A DNA stretch of 64,000 bases from a bacterium (GTDB lineage: Bacteria; SAR324; NAC60-12), in the NCBI GenBank assembly GCA_965205865.1, contig CBDBHR010000030.1, positions 128,001 through 192,000 on the forward strand. Direction: 5' to 3'. Below the pieces are notes generated by a model, which did no database searches, was not told where the DNA came from, and was given only the letters and a program-made list of their open reading frames with translations. Position numbers and translations under genes: made by a program. Positions 42,568 through 52,377 of the stretch are shown here, one piece after another (the first letter of the stretch is position 1; every line of letters starts with the position of its first letter).

Positions 42568-42829
42568 TTATAATGTCTCTGATCGTTTTTGCACTGAACG
42601 AGGAAAGAGGTTGGCAGGGTTTGAGATCATAACTTAATACTGAAAATGGATTCGATTTAATGTTGACATTGGAGTCATTATAAAATAAATTGAAAAATTA
42701 AGTGCAAACTAGATTAAGACTCTGGTTTCTGGTATAAATGAATTCGCACTGTCTCACTAATATTAATTCCTGAACTTTTCCTCAAGAAAAGTCAACAATA
42801 GAAATTTTGAATCAAATTAAACCTAAATA

Positions 42830-43034
42830 GTGCTTGGCCGAAAAATACTCAAATTGCTGATATTAAACGACATTTCTTCAATTTCACAGGATGAAGATTT
42901 GTTTGATACAGTGTTCAGATGGTCAAAATCAGCAAAAAATGGGATTTTTGATGAATTTCGCCAAAATCTTCGTTTCTTAAAAATAGGTGAATACCATTAA
43001 ATATCATGAAGTTATCTATTTTTCGGCCAAGCAC
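42830..43034. mobile_element. 205-bp MITE, copy 2 (intergenic)
   Basis: 18-bp perfect TIRs; perfect 6-bp TSD TAAATA; 11 substitutions and no indels versus copy 1. Confidence 0.9.
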
Positions 43035-43289
43035 TAAATAATCCTGCTATAACATGCTGTTTCAAAATGGGAATTAAACTTTGTTTTATATTTGGCTCAA
43101 GCGGGTCTTTAGTGGAGGGAGACTCGCTTCAGTCACATTACCGCATAATTTTCCTTGAGAATTCATGCGGTTTCTGCCAGAGAGTGTGAAATAAATGTCA
43201 TGCTCTTTGTTATTGCATTTGGATTGATGTTGCCTTGCTTGCATTCCGCAGGTGAGACTGTTTATTTAAATCATTTTAAGGAGATTGTT

Positions 43290-44654
43290 ATGAAAGTGTT
43301 AAAGCGATTTATCATTATTACCGTGGCAGTATTGTTGTCAGGTGGTTTCTGGGGGATCTCCTCAGTCAGTGCAGAAACGATAGAACTCAGTTTCTGGTCT
43401 CGCGCCGACCGTTCCGGCCCATTGCGGACGGGAAATATCGTGGCTGCGGCGGAACTGCTGAACAAACAGTACAAAGCAGCCGGTATTGATGCAACCATTG
43501 AACTGAAAGTTCATGAAAACAATGCCAAAGGTTACGATGATGATGCATTGGATTTGATGAAAGCCTTTGCTGTAGACAAAGCCCCGGATCTCTACGTGGC
43601 AGCCCACGAATGGGTCGGCGCGTTTGCTGACGCAGGCTATGCCATGAATCTGGAAGATCACATTGCAGCCTATCCGGAATATTACTCGGATATTATCCCG
43701 GCCTTATGGGGATCCACCCTCTTTATGGGAGAAAGACATGCCGTTCCTCAGGATTCCGAGGTGCGTATGTTCTTTTTTCGTAAAGATATGCTGCGGCAAA
43801 TTGGAAAATCCGAAGAATTCATCAATTCTCTCCCGGACAGGGTCAATTCCGGGGATTTCACGATGATGGATCTTTCCATGCTGAGCAAAGAAGTGGTCGA
43901 TGCCGGTGTTGCCAAATATGGCATTGTCCATCGCCCCAATACAGGACCGGATTTTCTCATGCCGATGGCATCATTTGGTTTTGAGGCCTCGGATCAAGCT
44001 TCCGGCAAATTGCAAGCATCTAAAAAAGCCTTGGAAGGATTTTTAGGCTGGATTGCTTGGAATGCTGAAAATGGGGTCACTCCCAGAAACAACACTTCCA
44101 TGTCCTGGGACACGATTAATCATGCCATGCCGGAAGGAGATGCCTTTATCAAGTTCCATGGGGTTTGGGACGTCGGCACTCAGATTAGATTCGGGGTTTC
44201 TGAGGATAGCGAAGCATCCTATACGAATACAGTCGGTTGGCTGAACTCACCGGCTGCTGAAAAAGGAGGATCTCCAAAAAATCTTTCCCACCCCATCGTG
44301 TATGTCGTCAACCCACAATCTGATAAAAAAGATCTGGCTGCCTTGTTGATCGCCATTGCCAGCCAGCCTTTTTTCAATACCCAGCATGCCGTTAGCACCA
44401 ACCACACCGCGATCAATTATGGGCAGGCCTCCATGCCTGAGTATCAAAAAGCGTGGGCCATCCGACGTGGCACCCCTATGCTGGAATACGCCACTTTCAT
44501 GCCCAATCACCCCTATATCGGCCAATTCAACGCGATCATCTATAAGGGGATCCAAGGAGTGGAGACCGGTCGTTTGGATGTTGAGGAAGCCGTCTCCTTC
44601 GTCTTGGAAGAGTTGGAAGCGGAATTGGCAGATGATGTAATGATAACTGATTGA
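43290..44654 (+). CDS. Carbohydrate ABC transporter substrate-binding protein
   Basis: AAGGAG RBS, signal peptide, APDL, VPQDSEVR.FFFRKD; heads a CUT1-type operon. Confidence 0.88.
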   Translation: MKVLKRFIIITVAVLLSGGFWGISSVSAETIELSFWSRADRSGPLRTGNIVAAAELLNKQYKAAGIDATIELKVHENNAKGYDDDALDLMKAFAVDKAPDLYVAAHEWVGAFADAGYAMNLEDHIAAYPEYYSDIIPALWGSTLFMGERHAVPQDSEVRMFFFRKDMLRQIGKSEEFINSLPDRVNSGDFTMMDLSMLSKEVVDAGVAKYGIVHRPNTGPDFLMPMASFGFEASDQASGKLQASKKALEGFLGWIAWNAENGVTPRNNTSMSWDTINHAMPEGDAFIKFHGVWDVGTQIRFGVSEDSEASYTNTVGWLNSPAAEKGGSPKNLSHPIVYVVNPQSDKKDLAALLIAIASQPFFNTQHAVSTNHTAINYGQASMPEYQKAWAIRRGTPMLEYATFMPNHPYIGQFNAIIYKGIQGVETGRLDVEEAVSFVLEELEAELADDVMITD

Positions 44655-44663
44655 TTCCCATGA

Positions 44664-44689
44664 CAGGAAAGAGGGTTTCCTCTTTCCTG
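44664..44689 (+). terminator. Stem-loop after the SBP gene
   Basis: CAGGAAAGAGG-GTTT-CCTCTTTCCTG, 11-bp perfect stem; no U-tract, so mRNA stabilisation is more likely than termination. Confidence 0.55.
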
Positions 44690-44719
44690 CTCCACTGTGA
44701 ATTCTGCTCAAGTTTGCTC

Positions 44720-45631
44720 ATGTCTGCTCCAAGTCAACAAAGACGGCAACAGATGAATTTCGTGATTTTTCTGGGGCCTGCCATTCTTTTATTATTTCTG
44801 TTCTTTGTTGCTCCTGTCATTGTCGATCTCGGTATCGCATTCACAGACATGGGCAGAACCCTTCAAGTTCGTGGATTTACGACCGCCAATTTTGAGCGCA
44901 TGGTCACCCGGGATGTCCGCTTGGTCCGTACGCTTGGCACCACCTTTCTCTATGTTCTCGGCACTCTGGCAATATTCAATGTGACATTTGGCCTGATCCT
45001 GGCCATAGTGACCACCAATATCGAAGAAAAAATGGGAGCATTTTTTCGTTCAATATGGCTTCTCCCTCGCATGAGCCCTTCAGTGGTTTACGCCTTGTTG
45101 TGGGTCTGGATTATTGATCCAACTGACCGCGGATTGCTCAATCAGATTTTTAAAAGTGTCGGTCTGGCAGAATACGATATGATGAATCAGGCGCCGTTGT
45201 TTTTGATCATTGTGGTCAATGGTTTTATTGGCGCATCCATGGGGATGATCATTTTCACTTCTTCCATCCGTTCCATCCCTCAACATTTATTCTATGCAGC
45301 AAAATCGGATGGTGCAGGTTTCTGGTCGACGATCCGATATGTCACCTTACCGGCAATCCGATGGCCACTCAGTTTTATCACGGTTTATCAAACCCTTTCC
45401 CTCTTGGTCAGCTTTGAATATATTTGGCTGGTCACCGATGGTGGTCCCTTTTATGACACCACCGTGTTTGCTCTCTATGTTTACAAACGGGCCTTTGAAA
45501 ACGGACAATATGCTTATGGGGCGGCATTGGCGCTGGTATTGGTGATTATCGGAATTCTGGCTTCTTTGTTGATGTGGCGCTTTATGGATATGAAACGAAT
45601 GCTGCAAGATCCCCGTATCGAGGTGCACTGA
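44720..45631 (+). CDS. Carbohydrate ABC transporter permease
   Basis: EAA-like loop IPQHLFYAAKSDGAGFW...TLP, TDGGP; start uncertain. Confidence 0.88.
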   Translation: MSAPSQQRRQQMNFVIFLGPAILLLFLFFVAPVIVDLGIAFTDMGRTLQVRGFTTANFERMVTRDVRLVRTLGTTFLYVLGTLAIFNVTFGLILAIVTTNIEEKMGAFFRSIWLLPRMSPSVVYALLWVWIIDPTDRGLLNQIFKSVGLAEYDMMNQAPLFLIIVVNGFIGASMGMIIFTSSIRSIPQHLFYAAKSDGAGFWSTIRYVTLPAIRWPLSFITVYQTLSLLVSFEYIWLVTDGGPFYDTTVFALYVYKRAFENGQYAYGAALALVLVIIGILASLLMWRFMDMKRMLQDPRIEVH

Positions 45632-45632
45632 T

Positions 45633-46715
45633 ATGAATCGTCTCGTCTCGTCTGCTACTGCAGTGGATCAGGAATATTGGAATCTCCAGGCTAAAAAATC
45701 GAAATGGGCGAGGAGGAGTCAGCAAACCTTGCTGATTGGTTTTCTGATTTTGGTCACCACTCCTGTTTTATTGCCTTATTTCTGGCTTTTTACAATTTCC
45801 TTTTCTGCAAAAACTGGGGGTGTGGAAAGTTTTGTCCTTTGGCGCGCTTGTGCGATTTTATTACCGACAGTCTTTCTGGCAGGCAGCGTACGCATCTTTA
45901 TCAACATAAGACGTCGTCGCATTGATGCTTATGTTCTCATCACCTTAGCGGCCGTGATTGCTTTGATATACTACATCGGACCTTTTTTGCATTTAGGAAA
46001 TTTCCGCTTCCTCTGGAATCCCAACATTGTGGAGGAAATGCGAGGCAAAGCTGGTGCCGGAGGGGCCCAGTTTCCCTGGGTCTGGACTGCCTTCAGCAAC
46101 AGCTTGATTTTTGCAACGGTGCAATCCGTAATCGTACTTTATGTTTCGACTTGCGCTGGATATTACATCTCCCGTTTTTCTTTTCCGGGAAGGACCTCCT
46201 TTTTACAATCATTGCTGGTCTTACACGCATTTCCGGCAATGACCTTGGTGATCCCCATTTTCATGATCATGTATTGGGTTGGCCTGTTGGATACGCTCAC
46301 CGGGGTCATATTAGTTGCAGTGACTTTGGAACTGCCGTTTTCGATTTTTCTGATGAAAGGATTTTTCGATGGCGTGCCTTGGGACATTGAAATGTCCGCT
46401 ATCGTCGATGGGGCTTCCCGCAGGCAGGCGTTCTTCAGGGTGGTGCTTCCCCAGGTTAAAGCCGGGATGCTGGCCATTGGCATTTTTGCCTTCATCAGGG
46501 GATGGGAAGAGTACGTCTTTGTACGTACTCTTTTATTTGAAAAGTCTAACTGGATGATGAGTTTGTACTTGTTTTGGGTCTCGGACGATATCGGGGGTGT
46601 CGACTATGGTATTGTTGCGGCAGTGGGGGTCTTTTATGTACTGCCCAGTATTATGCTATTCCTGTTTTTTCAAAAATATATTGTCCAACTCAACATTGGG
46701 GGTGTGAAGGGTTAG
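45633..46715 (+). CDS. Carbohydrate ABC transporter permease
   Basis: FFDGVPWDIEMSAIVDGASR...VVLP, FIRGWEEY. Confidence 0.88.
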   Translation: MNRLVSSATAVDQEYWNLQAKKSKWARRSQQTLLIGFLILVTTPVLLPYFWLFTISFSAKTGGVESFVLWRACAILLPTVFLAGSVRIFINIRRRRIDAYVLITLAAVIALIYYIGPFLHLGNFRFLWNPNIVEEMRGKAGAGGAQFPWVWTAFSNSLIFATVQSVIVLYVSTCAGYYISRFSFPGRTSFLQSLLVLHAFPAMTLVIPIFMIMYWVGLLDTLTGVILVAVTLELPFSIFLMKGFFDGVPWDIEMSAIVDGASRRQAFFRVVLPQVKAGMLAIGIFAFIRGWEEYVFVRTLLFEKSNWMMSLYLFWVSDDIGGVDYGIVAAVGVFYVLPSIMLFLFFQKYIVQLNIGGVKG

Positions 46716-46718
46716 GCC

Positions 46719-47786
46719 ATGGCCAATATCGAATTACGAAACATTACGAAAGCGTGGGGCGATGTGGTGGCGCTGGAACCCCTCAACCTTAGCGTGGATG
46801 ATGGTGAATTTGTTGCGGTACTCGGTCCCTCCGGGTGTGGCAAATCCACCACATTGTTTATTCTGGCAGGGATTTATGCTCCCACCCGAGGAGACGTTCT
46901 CTTTGATGGACAAAAAGTGAATGAAGTGGAAGCCAAGGATCGCAACATCGGGATTGTTTTTCAATCCTACGCGCTTTATCCGCATATGGATGTGCGTGAA
47001 AATATTCAGTTCCCTTTGAAATTTAAAAATATTGAGAAAACGGAGGCGAAGCGATTGGTCGGAGAGTCTGCGAAATTGGTGCATATAGAAGAGTTACTGA
47101 ATCGTAGACCCAGCCAACTTTCAGGAGGACAGCAGCAACGGGTTGCGCTAGCGCGTGCTTTGGTCAAAGAACCCCAATTATTGCTGTTGGACGAACCTTT
47201 GTCAAACCTGGATGCGATTCTGCGCATGACAATGCGCTCCGAAATCAAATCTCTGCAACAGCGTTTGGGAATCACAACGATACTGGTGACTCATGATCAG
47301 TTGGAAGCGATGACTATGGCAGATCGCATCGTTTGTATGAGTCGCGGTAGAATCGAACAGATAGGCTCCCCCAAAGATCTGTATGACAACCCCTCCAGTT
47401 TGTTTGTTGCTAATTTTATCGGAACTCCCCCGATCAATCTTCTGCAAGGTAAAGCATCACAATCAAAATTAGCAATTGATGATTTTGTCATCACACTCAA
47501 TCAAGCATTTGAAGGCCTATTGACCTTGGGTATCCGTCCCGAAAACATCCGTTTCACTGAACAAGGCATCAAAGCAAAAGTGAAACAGTTGGAAACGATG
47601 GGGAGGGAAACTCTTTATTTTTTGGAAAGTACCTTGGGAGAATTGAGGGTGCTGATTCCGGAAAGTTTGCCCCAATGGAAACAAGGAAATGAACTTTGTT
47701 TTCAGTTTGACGGCGACTCCTGCCGCTTCTTTGATACAGAATCTCAACAATTGATCAGAGATTTACATCTAGTCTCAATTGAGTGA
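46719..47786 (+). CDS. Carbohydrate ABC transporter ATPase (MalK-like)
   Basis: GPSGCGKST, FQSYALYPH, LSGGQQQR, LLDEPLSNLD. Confidence 0.93.
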   Translation: MANIELRNITKAWGDVVALEPLNLSVDDGEFVAVLGPSGCGKSTTLFILAGIYAPTRGDVLFDGQKVNEVEAKDRNIGIVFQSYALYPHMDVRENIQFPLKFKNIEKTEAKRLVGESAKLVHIEELLNRRPSQLSGGQQQRVALARALVKEPQLLLLDEPLSNLDAILRMTMRSEIKSLQQRLGITTILVTHDQLEAMTMADRIVCMSRGRIEQIGSPKDLYDNPSSLFVANFIGTPPINLLQGKASQSKLAIDDFVITLNQAFEGLLTLGIRPENIRFTEQGIKAKVKQLETMGRETLYFLESTLGELRVLIPESLPQWKQGNELCFQFDGDSCRFFDTESQQLIRDLHLVSIE

Positions 47787-47823
47787 ACTAAGACTCGTTT
47801 TTGTAACAAGAACAGGCACGTCT

Positions 47824-48828
47824 ATGGCTTTTTCTGAAGTCTTTGGTCAAGATGTCGCCATTGACTATTTGAAGAAATCCATCCAACATCAACAATTGCC
47901 TCCGGCTTTTTTGTTTGCAGGCGCCCACCATATCGGTAAGCAAAAGACCTTGCTGGCCCTGGCCCAAACACTCAATTGTCTGCAAGCAGGAGTTCCCGTC
48001 GGTGGAGTAAATGCCTGTGGCCATTGTAACACTTGTCAGCAGATTGCGCATCAAAGTTTTCCTGATTTTTCCATTATCGAACCTGCCGGACAATTCCTCA
48101 GAATCGATCAAATCAAAGAGGCGCTTAAATGGCTGGAGTTGCGTTCTGCGGCGGGAACCTATCGTGTTTTGGGATTGGTTGAAGCGGAAAAAATGAATAA
48201 AGAATCGGCCAATGCTTTTCTCAAAACCCTGGAAGAGCCACCTCCCCAAACCGTGATTGTCCTTCTCGCCGAACATCCACAGCAGCTTTTAGAAACCATT
48301 GTTTCTCGTTGCCGTTTAATCCGTTTTCGGCTGTTGAAAAAAAAACACATCCTGGAGATTTTGCATAGGTACGAGTCTCTGACAGAAGATCAGATTCTAT
48401 TTCTTTCCCGTTTTGCCATGGGCCGGGTGCGTCCTGATTGGGTAGCTAAGGTAGAATTGCTACAAGATATGAGAGAGACCGTGATTGCCTTATTGAGTAC
48501 TCTTTCTGTAGAATGGATGGAAGAAATCTTTAACACCCTTGAAAAATGGAGTGCTGCTAAAGAAAAAGATTGGAGCTACATGCTTGATTTTTTAGAGTTT
48601 TGGTTTCGGGATTTAGAATGGCTCGCTCATGGCTTGCAAGAAGAACATTTATTCAATCAGGACCGGCCGGAGCAACTTCGGCACTGTTTGCAGCGTTTTT
48701 CCTTGTCAAATATCAGGTTCGCTTATAATCAAGTGGTGCTTACAAGGCAACGAATCATGCTGAACGCCCATGTCTCCTTAGCATTGGAGGCGCTATGGAT
48801 CTACTTCAAAAGAAATTTGACCAAATGA
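47824..48828 (+). CDS. holB: DNA polymerase III delta' subunit
   Basis: CGHCNTC zinc motif, SANAFLKTLEEPP, TIVSRC. Confidence 0.92.
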   Translation: MAFSEVFGQDVAIDYLKKSIQHQQLPPAFLFAGAHHIGKQKTLLALAQTLNCLQAGVPVGGVNACGHCNTCQQIAHQSFPDFSIIEPAGQFLRIDQIKEALKWLELRSAAGTYRVLGLVEAEKMNKESANAFLKTLEEPPPQTVIVLLAEHPQQLLETIVSRCRLIRFRLLKKKHILEILHRYESLTEDQILFLSRFAMGRVRPDWVAKVELLQDMRETVIALLSTLSVEWMEEIFNTLEKWSAAKEKDWSYMLDFLEFWFRDLEWLAHGLQEEHLFNQDRPEQLRHCLQRFSLSNIRFAYNQVVLTRQRIMLNAHVSLALEALWIYFKRNLTK

Positions 48829-48885
48829 AAGTCACTCACCTGAACAGATGAGCTTCGCTTTCATTTCTATTTTCAGCAATTAAAA

Positions 48886-51153
48886 ATGGTCAGTTTGTCT
48901 CAACAGCAAACGCAATTGCATAGTGACGCCAATGCGGAAATCACCCTGATAGGGTCCGTAGAAAGGATCGTGTACATACAGCCGGAAACCGGGTTTATGA
49001 TTGCCAGCTTTTTACCAGAAAACATGCAGGAGCTCATCACCATCAAAGGTACGGTCTTCAATGTGGGAGAAAAATCCATTATCGAGGTAAAAGGAAAGTG
49101 GGAGGTGCATAAAATATACGGCAAACAACTGGTAGTCCACGAATTTGCTCCGATTTTACCCAAATCACCTCGTGGCATTGAACGTTACCTCATTTCAGAT
49201 ATTCCGGGAATCGGCAAGAAAACAGCAAGCCGGATTGTGACGAAATTTGGAGAAGAGACATTTCGGGTGATCGACGAATCCCCCCGGGATTTGCTCAAAA
49301 TTCCCCAATTCAACAAAAAGCAACTCAAGCAACTTTTAGAGGTTTGGGAAGAAAAAAAGGGGGAACGGGATATCCTGACCTTTCTTCATGAAATTGGCAG
49401 TTCTTCTGCTCAAGCCCTCAAAATTTTGCAGCATTTTGGCCTGAATGCAATTCCATTGTTGAAAAACAACCCTTACCAACTCACGGAGATTCACGGCATT
49501 GGGTTTCAGATTGCAGATCAGATTGCCCGCAATCTTGGTTTTGACGTCAATTCTCAGCAGCGGGCCATTGCAGGAACTTTATATGTCCTGAGCCAGCTTT
49601 CCCTCCAAGGGCATACCTGTTACCCACGAGAATTGCTCATTGATAAAACTTCTGAAGATTTGGGAATTGAAAAAAATATTGTCATCGAGGCTGTTCGGCA
49701 ATTACTCAAAGATCGCCTGCTCAAAATCAAGAAGATGAGAGTGTTTGCTCAAGACCCTGTTTCTCGAGAAGTAGTTGCCCATCCCAGATTGTATCATGCC
49801 GAACGGCGTATTGCGGAAGATCTTTCCCGTGTTCTGAAAAATGAAGCATATACAAAGTTTGATCATCCCCAATCTTTGATTGCAAGTGTGGGAAAAAAGC
49901 TGGGCATCATGTTGGACCCTGTACAACTGCAAGCCGTACAGGCAGCTTTGGCACACAAAGTTTTAATCATTACCGGAGGACCCGGAACTGGAAAAACTAC
50001 CATCATCCGTTTCATTTTAGAACTCGTTCGCAAGCATATTCCTCATGTATCGCTGGCAGCGCCAACAGGAAGAGCTGCCAAACGAATGGCAGAGACCAAT
50101 CATCGCCCCGCCTCCACGATTCACCGGCTTTTGGGAGCTTCACGACAGGGATTTGAATATGATCGAGAAAATCCGATAGAAAGCGAGTTGGTGATTATCG
50201 ACGAAATATCCATGGTTGATACGCTTTTGATGGCCTCATTATTAGATGCCGTTCGCTCAGAAGCGCGGTTGATCTTTGTGGGAGACGTGGATCAACTTCC
50301 TTCGGTCGGACCCGGGGCTGTGCTGTTGAATCTAATTCTTTCCAAAATCATTCCGGTTGTTCGTCTTGAAAAAATTTTCAGGCAGGCCGCCGATAGTTTG
50401 ATTACAATCAATGCGCACCACGTTCGCCGAGGAATTTATCCCATCCTTCATGCGGACCACACATCACAGCCCACTGTTTCCAATGCCAAGTCCCGAGACT
50501 TGCTGGATTTTTACTTTATTCGGGAAAAAGACCCCCATAAAGTTGTGGAAAAAATCATCACCATGGTCACGGAACGGATACCCAAACGATTTACATTTGA
50601 TCCAAAAACTGAAATACAAGTTCTCACTCCAATGCACCGGGGGATTACCGGTTCCATTCACCTCAATCAACAATTGCAGAAAACCATGAATCATTCCACC
50701 ATTTCTTTGACATACAAGGAGCAAGTCTTCAAGGTGGGAGATAAGGTCATTCAACAGCAAAATGACTATGAAAAAGAAGTATTCAATGGAGATGTGGGTC
50801 TCATCATTGATTGCGATCCCCGGTCGAAACAGTTACTGGTGCGCTTCGATTCCCAAGAAATACCGTATGAGAGCGAAGAGTTGGACCAACTCAATCTTGC
50901 CTATGCTATTTCCGTTCATAAATCTCAAGGCAGTGAATATCCGGCGGTGGTTTTACCCTTGACCACTCATCACTATGTGATGCTGCAAAGGAATTTGCTC
51001 TACACAGCCATGACCCGGGGCAAGCAGCTTGTGGTGATCATAGGGATGGAAAATGCTATGCAACTGGCAGTGGACAATGCCAGCCCCGCTTTGCGATATA
51101 CATTACTTCAAGCAGAATTCAGTGAGGTGTGGCAGGAATTGAGCTTGCTGTAA
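48886..51153 (+). CDS. recD2: RecD2-like SF1B helicase
   Basis: N-terminal OB/HhH (GIGKKTA), GGPGTGKTT, APTGRAA, GDVDQLPSVGPG, HKSQGSEY. Confidence 0.92.
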   Translation: MVSLSQQQTQLHSDANAEITLIGSVERIVYIQPETGFMIASFLPENMQELITIKGTVFNVGEKSIIEVKGKWEVHKIYGKQLVVHEFAPILPKSPRGIERYLISDIPGIGKKTASRIVTKFGEETFRVIDESPRDLLKIPQFNKKQLKQLLEVWEEKKGERDILTFLHEIGSSSAQALKILQHFGLNAIPLLKNNPYQLTEIHGIGFQIADQIARNLGFDVNSQQRAIAGTLYVLSQLSLQGHTCYPRELLIDKTSEDLGIEKNIVIEAVRQLLKDRLLKIKKMRVFAQDPVSREVVAHPRLYHAERRIAEDLSRVLKNEAYTKFDHPQSLIASVGKKLGIMLDPVQLQAVQAALAHKVLIITGGPGTGKTTIIRFILELVRKHIPHVSLAAPTGRAAKRMAETNHRPASTIHRLLGASRQGFEYDRENPIESELVIIDEISMVDTLLMASLLDAVRSEARLIFVGDVDQLPSVGPGAVLLNLILSKIIPVVRLEKIFRQAADSLITINAHHVRRGIYPILHADHTSQPTVSNAKSRDLLDFYFIREKDPHKVVEKIITMVTERIPKRFTFDPKTEIQVLTPMHRGITGSIHLNQQLQKTMNHSTISLTYKEQVFKVGDKVIQQQNDYEKEVFNGDVGLIIDCDPRSKQLLVRFDSQEIPYESEELDQLNLAYAISVHKSQGSEYPAVVLPLTTHHYVMLQRNLLYTAMTRGKQLVVIIGMENAMQLAVDNASPALRYTLLQAEFSEVWQELSLL

Positions 51154-51228
51154 CAAGAAAAAAGCATTGAATGTCAAGAAAAAGTATAATCCCGCAATGC
51201 CTCGGTCTGGCAGAGCCTGAGAGGTGCC

Positions 51229-52239
51229 ATGGAAAACATCATGAAAACCATGATCTTGGAAAAAGCCGGTTCGCCGCTTCAATTGCGCGAATCCGATATT
51301 CCCCATCCTGCTCCGGATCAGGTCTTGATTCGGGTCGGGGCATGTGGCATTTGCCGTACCGATTTACATATATATGAAGGAGATCTCAAAGAGGCCAAGC
51401 TTCCTCTCGTTTTGGGGCACGAAATTGTCGGAACAATCGTAGAAGTGGGTGTAAACGTCAAAACCCTCTCAAAAGGTGAACGTATTGGGGTGCCATGGTT
51501 GGGGAACTCTTGTGAAAAATGCGTACATTGCCGCTCGGGAATGGAAAATCTATGTGATCACGCTGTTTTTACAGGGTATCACATCGACGGAGGATATGCA
51601 GAGTACGCCTTGGCGGATTCCCGCTATTGTTTTTCCATCCCACGATTGTACTCAGACGAGGCGGCAGCGCCATTATTTTGCGCAGGGTTGATTGGCTATC
51701 GTGCTCTCCGCATGGCTGGAGAGGTAGAGAAAGTGGGACTATACGGATTCGGGGCAGCTGCTCACATCATTACTCAAGTCGCTTGTTATCAAAAAAGAAC
51801 CGTCTATGCTTTCACTCGTCCTGGCGACGACAAAGGTCAGGCGTTTGCCAAAGAATTTGGAGCATCCTGGGCGGGTGGCTCTGATATATTGCCACCTGAA
51901 TTGCTTGATGCGGCCATTATTTTTGCACCGGTGGGCGCCTTGGTTCCACAAGCACTGCGCGCCGTGAGAAAAGGAGGGATCGTAGTTTGCGCCGGTATTC
52001 ACATGAGCGATATTCCCTCCTTTCCCTATGACTTGCTTTGGGGGGAGCGTACGATTTGTTCGGTCGCCAATCTGACCCGGCAGGATGGTATTGATTTTTT
52101 TCAAATAGCTCCCAAAATTCCGATCCGGACAGAAGTGGAAACTTTCACCCTGGAGCAGGCGACTGAAGCCTTGGAAAAATTGCGAAACGGGCAAATCCAA
52201 GGTGCCGCGGTTCTGGTCATGGATCCTCATTCTATGTAA
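51229..52239 (+). CDS. Zinc-dependent alcohol dehydrogenase family protein
   Basis: CGICRTD, GHE, C..C..C...C structural zinc site, GFGAAAH. Confidence 0.9.
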   Translation: MENIMKTMILEKAGSPLQLRESDIPHPAPDQVLIRVGACGICRTDLHIYEGDLKEAKLPLVLGHEIVGTIVEVGVNVKTLSKGERIGVPWLGNSCEKCVHCRSGMENLCDHAVFTGYHIDGGYAEYALADSRYCFSIPRLYSDEAAAPLFCAGLIGYRALRMAGEVEKVGLYGFGAAAHIITQVACYQKRTVYAFTRPGDDKGQAFAKEFGASWAGGSDILPPELLDAAIIFAPVGALVPQALRAVRKGGIVVCAGIHMSDIPSFPYDLLWGERTICSVANLTRQDGIDFFQIAPKIPIRTEVETFTLEQATEALEKLRNGQIQGAAVLVMDPHSM

Positions 52240-52377
52240 GAAACCACCCCTTGAATACAGCGTTGCCTTTCTCTCGGTTTCAATGTAAAAATTGAAACAA
52301 ACAGCGAGTGCCGCCGATTGTCAGGTCCTGTGTCGACCCTGGGGGACTGCCCGTTTTGATTTCAGAGGAGAAAAATA

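Noticed and set aside
42237-43034. Composite transposon formed by the two MITEs
   Set aside because: Each copy has its own target duplication and the enclosed DNA is the native 5' end of the disrupted gene, so these are independent insertions.
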